In this document: piece by piece, positions 62,783 through 64,000 of the stretch | How the letters are laid out: every line of letters starts with the position of its first letter | Position numbering within the stretch: the stretch's first letter is position 1 | NCBI GenBank assembly: GCA_046542845.1 | Contig: JBKHAN010000001.1 | Location: forward strand, 3,267-67,266 | Source of the DNA: Spirochaetaceae bacterium | Lineage (GTDB): Bacteria; Spirochaetota; Spirochaetia; DSM-27196; SKKC01 | Direction of reading: 5' to 3' | DNA: 64,000 bases | Position numbers and translations under genes: made by a program | Notes under the pieces: generated by a model | Seen by the model: the letters and a program-made list of their open reading frames with translations, nothing else | Databases searched by the model: none | What the model was told of the DNA's origin: nothing

Positions 62783-64000
62783 ATGCATGCCCGACTTGGA
62801 AAGGTTCGTTCGCTTTTGCGCTACAGTTTCTGGTTTATACCCGCGATCATATCACTCGCTTTCGCAATACTCTCGCTTGTTCTCACAGAGACGGAGTTCG
62901 CCGGTAGCCTTCCCCGCGTCGAGTGGGTCTCTTCGCTCGGCCGGCAGGGAATCCGGGATCTCCTGGTGATGATCGCAAGCTCCATGATCACGGTCGCGAC
63001 GACGGCGTTCTCGATCATCATCGTCGCGTTGCAGCTCGCGTCCGGACAGCTTGGTCCGCGTCTGTTGCGAAACTTCATAAAGGACCGCGGAAACCAGCTG
63101 GTGTTTGGAGCGTTTCTGGGAACCTTCGTGTATTCGGTGCTTCTCCTTCGAAGGATCGGCGAAGAAGGTGGCACATCGCCGGGAAACCAGGTGCCGCATA
63201 GTGCTGTACTCCTCGCGGTCGTGTTTGGCCTGTCGGCTGTCGGGGTGCTCATCTATTTTATTCACCACGCCGCTTCGTCCATACAAAAAGACAACGTCAT
63301 TTCGCGGGTAAGCGATGAACTCGTGAATTCGCTCGAAAAACTGTATCCGAAAACGATAGGACAGGAGCCTCCTTTCGTGTCGGACGGGACTGCGCAGCAG
63401 CTTCCCCGGCGCGCTATTGACTCCTGGGAAAACGGCTGCGAAGTATCCCTGTCCGGAGGGGGATACGTGCAGGCTGTCGACGCGGCTAAACTCATGAAGA
63501 CCGCGGTGACACACGATCTGTGCATTTATCTGGCAAGGGGTCCGGGAGAGTTTATATATCACGATGCAGTTGTCGCGCGGGTTGTCCCCGCCGACGCGGT
63601 AACGCCAAAGGTTGAGCGCTCACTCCGGGACGTCTTTATCCTTGGAACCGAGCGAACCGCGCAGCAGGACGTCGCTTTCGTGTTCGAGCAACTTGTGGAG
63701 ATCGCGCTCCGCGCACTCTCTCCCGGAACGGTCGATTCTTTCACCGCCATACGGTGCATTGATCGTCTCGCAGACGCCCTGGCGCTTGTGGCACGCACGC
63801 CGGTGCCATCACCCTATCGTTTCGATTCAAGCGGCCTTCTTCGCGTTGTAACGCAGCCGGTAAACTTCAACGCGCTCGTAACGCTCGCGCTCTACCCGGT
63901 CGCCGAAGCCGCAGCGCACCATACCAACGTCATGGTCCGGCTGTTCGAGTCCGCACGGCAGATAGGCGTCTCCTGCGCGCAGACACACGAACGCGAGGTG
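62783..64000 (+). CDS. DUF2254 domain membrane protein, 3' end outside window
   Basis: Not in the ORF track because there is no stop in the window. I translated this frame by hand from ATG 62783 to 64000 and found no stop. IIVALQLASGQLGPRLLRNFIKDRGNQLVFGAFLGTFVYS and ERTAQQDVAFVFEQLVEIALRALSPGTVDSFTAIRCIDRL are DUF2254 hallmarks. Confidence 0.75.
   Translation, partial: MHARLGKVRSLLRYSFWFIPAIISLAFAILSLVLTETEFAGSLPRVEWVSSLGRQGIRDLLVMIASSMITVATTAFSIIIVALQLASGQLGPRLLRNFIKDRGNQLVFGAFLGTFVYSVLLLRRIGEEGGTSPGNQVPHSAVLLAVVFGLSAVGVLIYFIHHAASSIQKDNVISRVSDELVNSLEKLYPKTIGQEPPFVSDGTAQQLPRRAIDSWENGCEVSLSGGGYVQAVDAAKLMKTAVTHDLCIYLARGPGEFIYHDAVVARVVPADAVTPKVERSLRDVFILGTERTAQQDVAFVFEQLVEIALRALSPGTVDSFTAIRCIDRLADALALVARTPVPSPYRFDSSGLLRVVTQPVNFNALVTLALYPVAEAAAHHTNVMVRLFESARQIGVSCAQTHEREV

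Noticed and set aside
62422-62784. 120-aa minus-strand ORF with a signal-peptide-like stretch (LPALLMALMGLALGSTVNTAC) between the 4-TM gene and the DUF2254 gene
   Set aside because: No convincing start codon or SD: the ATG at 62784 overlaps the divergent DUF2254 start, and the GTG at 62709 lacks an SD. The lipobox is poor and no family is recognisable. It could be a real small lipoprotein, but I cannot support it.
1-64000. CRISPR arrays, tRNA/rRNA genes, transposases, integrases, prophage or toxin-antitoxin modules
   Set aside because: I scanned all intergenic regions over 100 bp and all ORF translations. I found no regularly spaced repeats, no tRNA-like cloverleaf candidates, and no DDE, tyrosine- or serine-recombinase or phage structural motifs.

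Overview
This is a gene-dense bacterial chromosomal segment with about 60 supportable CDS. GC is high, roughly 60% by hand-counting sample lines. I saw no rRNA, tRNA, CRISPR array, transposase or integrase.

Main content, left to right:
- A DUF58 gene (5' end off-window) with a coupled membrane protein.
- A dusA-methyltransferase pair.
- A 620-bp non-coding gap holding two minus-strand intrinsic terminators and a probable structured RNA.
- CUT1 sugar ABC system #1 (permease, permease, SBP).
- A long SppA translationally coupled to a PAS / degenerate-GGDEF / EAL protein.
- An alpha-glucan utilisation locus: GH31, a GH13 lipoprotein, a type I pullulanase, a LacI regulator, a GH13 neopullulanase-like enzyme and a MalEFG-MsmK transporter. 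Recognisable AAACCGGTTT operators sit in it, and the 19.6-26.3 kb portion is clearly lower in GC.
- Uup, a PhnP-like MBL hydrolase, and two lipoproteins (one with an FMN-flavinylation-type motif, one PrcB-like).
- An ABC-2 exporter.
- A tightly coupled four-gene minus-strand operon: DinB-like, NRDE(TANGO2)-acyltransferase fusion, OlsB-type N-acyltransferase, DUF89. I consider this the best candidate for an undescribed lipid-modification system.
- coaBC.
- A cluster of DUF547, a disulfide reductase, TVP38 and a NIPA-like protein.
- A cluster of a metallophosphoesterase, a glycosyltransferase and DUF1499.
- CUT1 ABC system #3.
- sbcDC.
- An orphan rnfD-like gene, then pdxST.
- An orphan Dnd-associated-type methyltransferase paired divergently with a small repeat protein.
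- A TetR regulator with its operator and a membrane protein.
- A DUF2254 gene that runs off the right edge. It is absent from the supplied ORF track because it has no stop codon in the window.

Many long ORFs in the track are antisense shadow ORFs typical of high-GC DNA. Several track ORFs have over-extended 5' ends, and I give revised starts for those. The PrcB-family lipoprotein, the DUF58/Bat-type gene and the relaxed lipoboxes hint weakly at a Spirochaetota-like origin. All family assignments come from motif recognition by eye, not from database searches.
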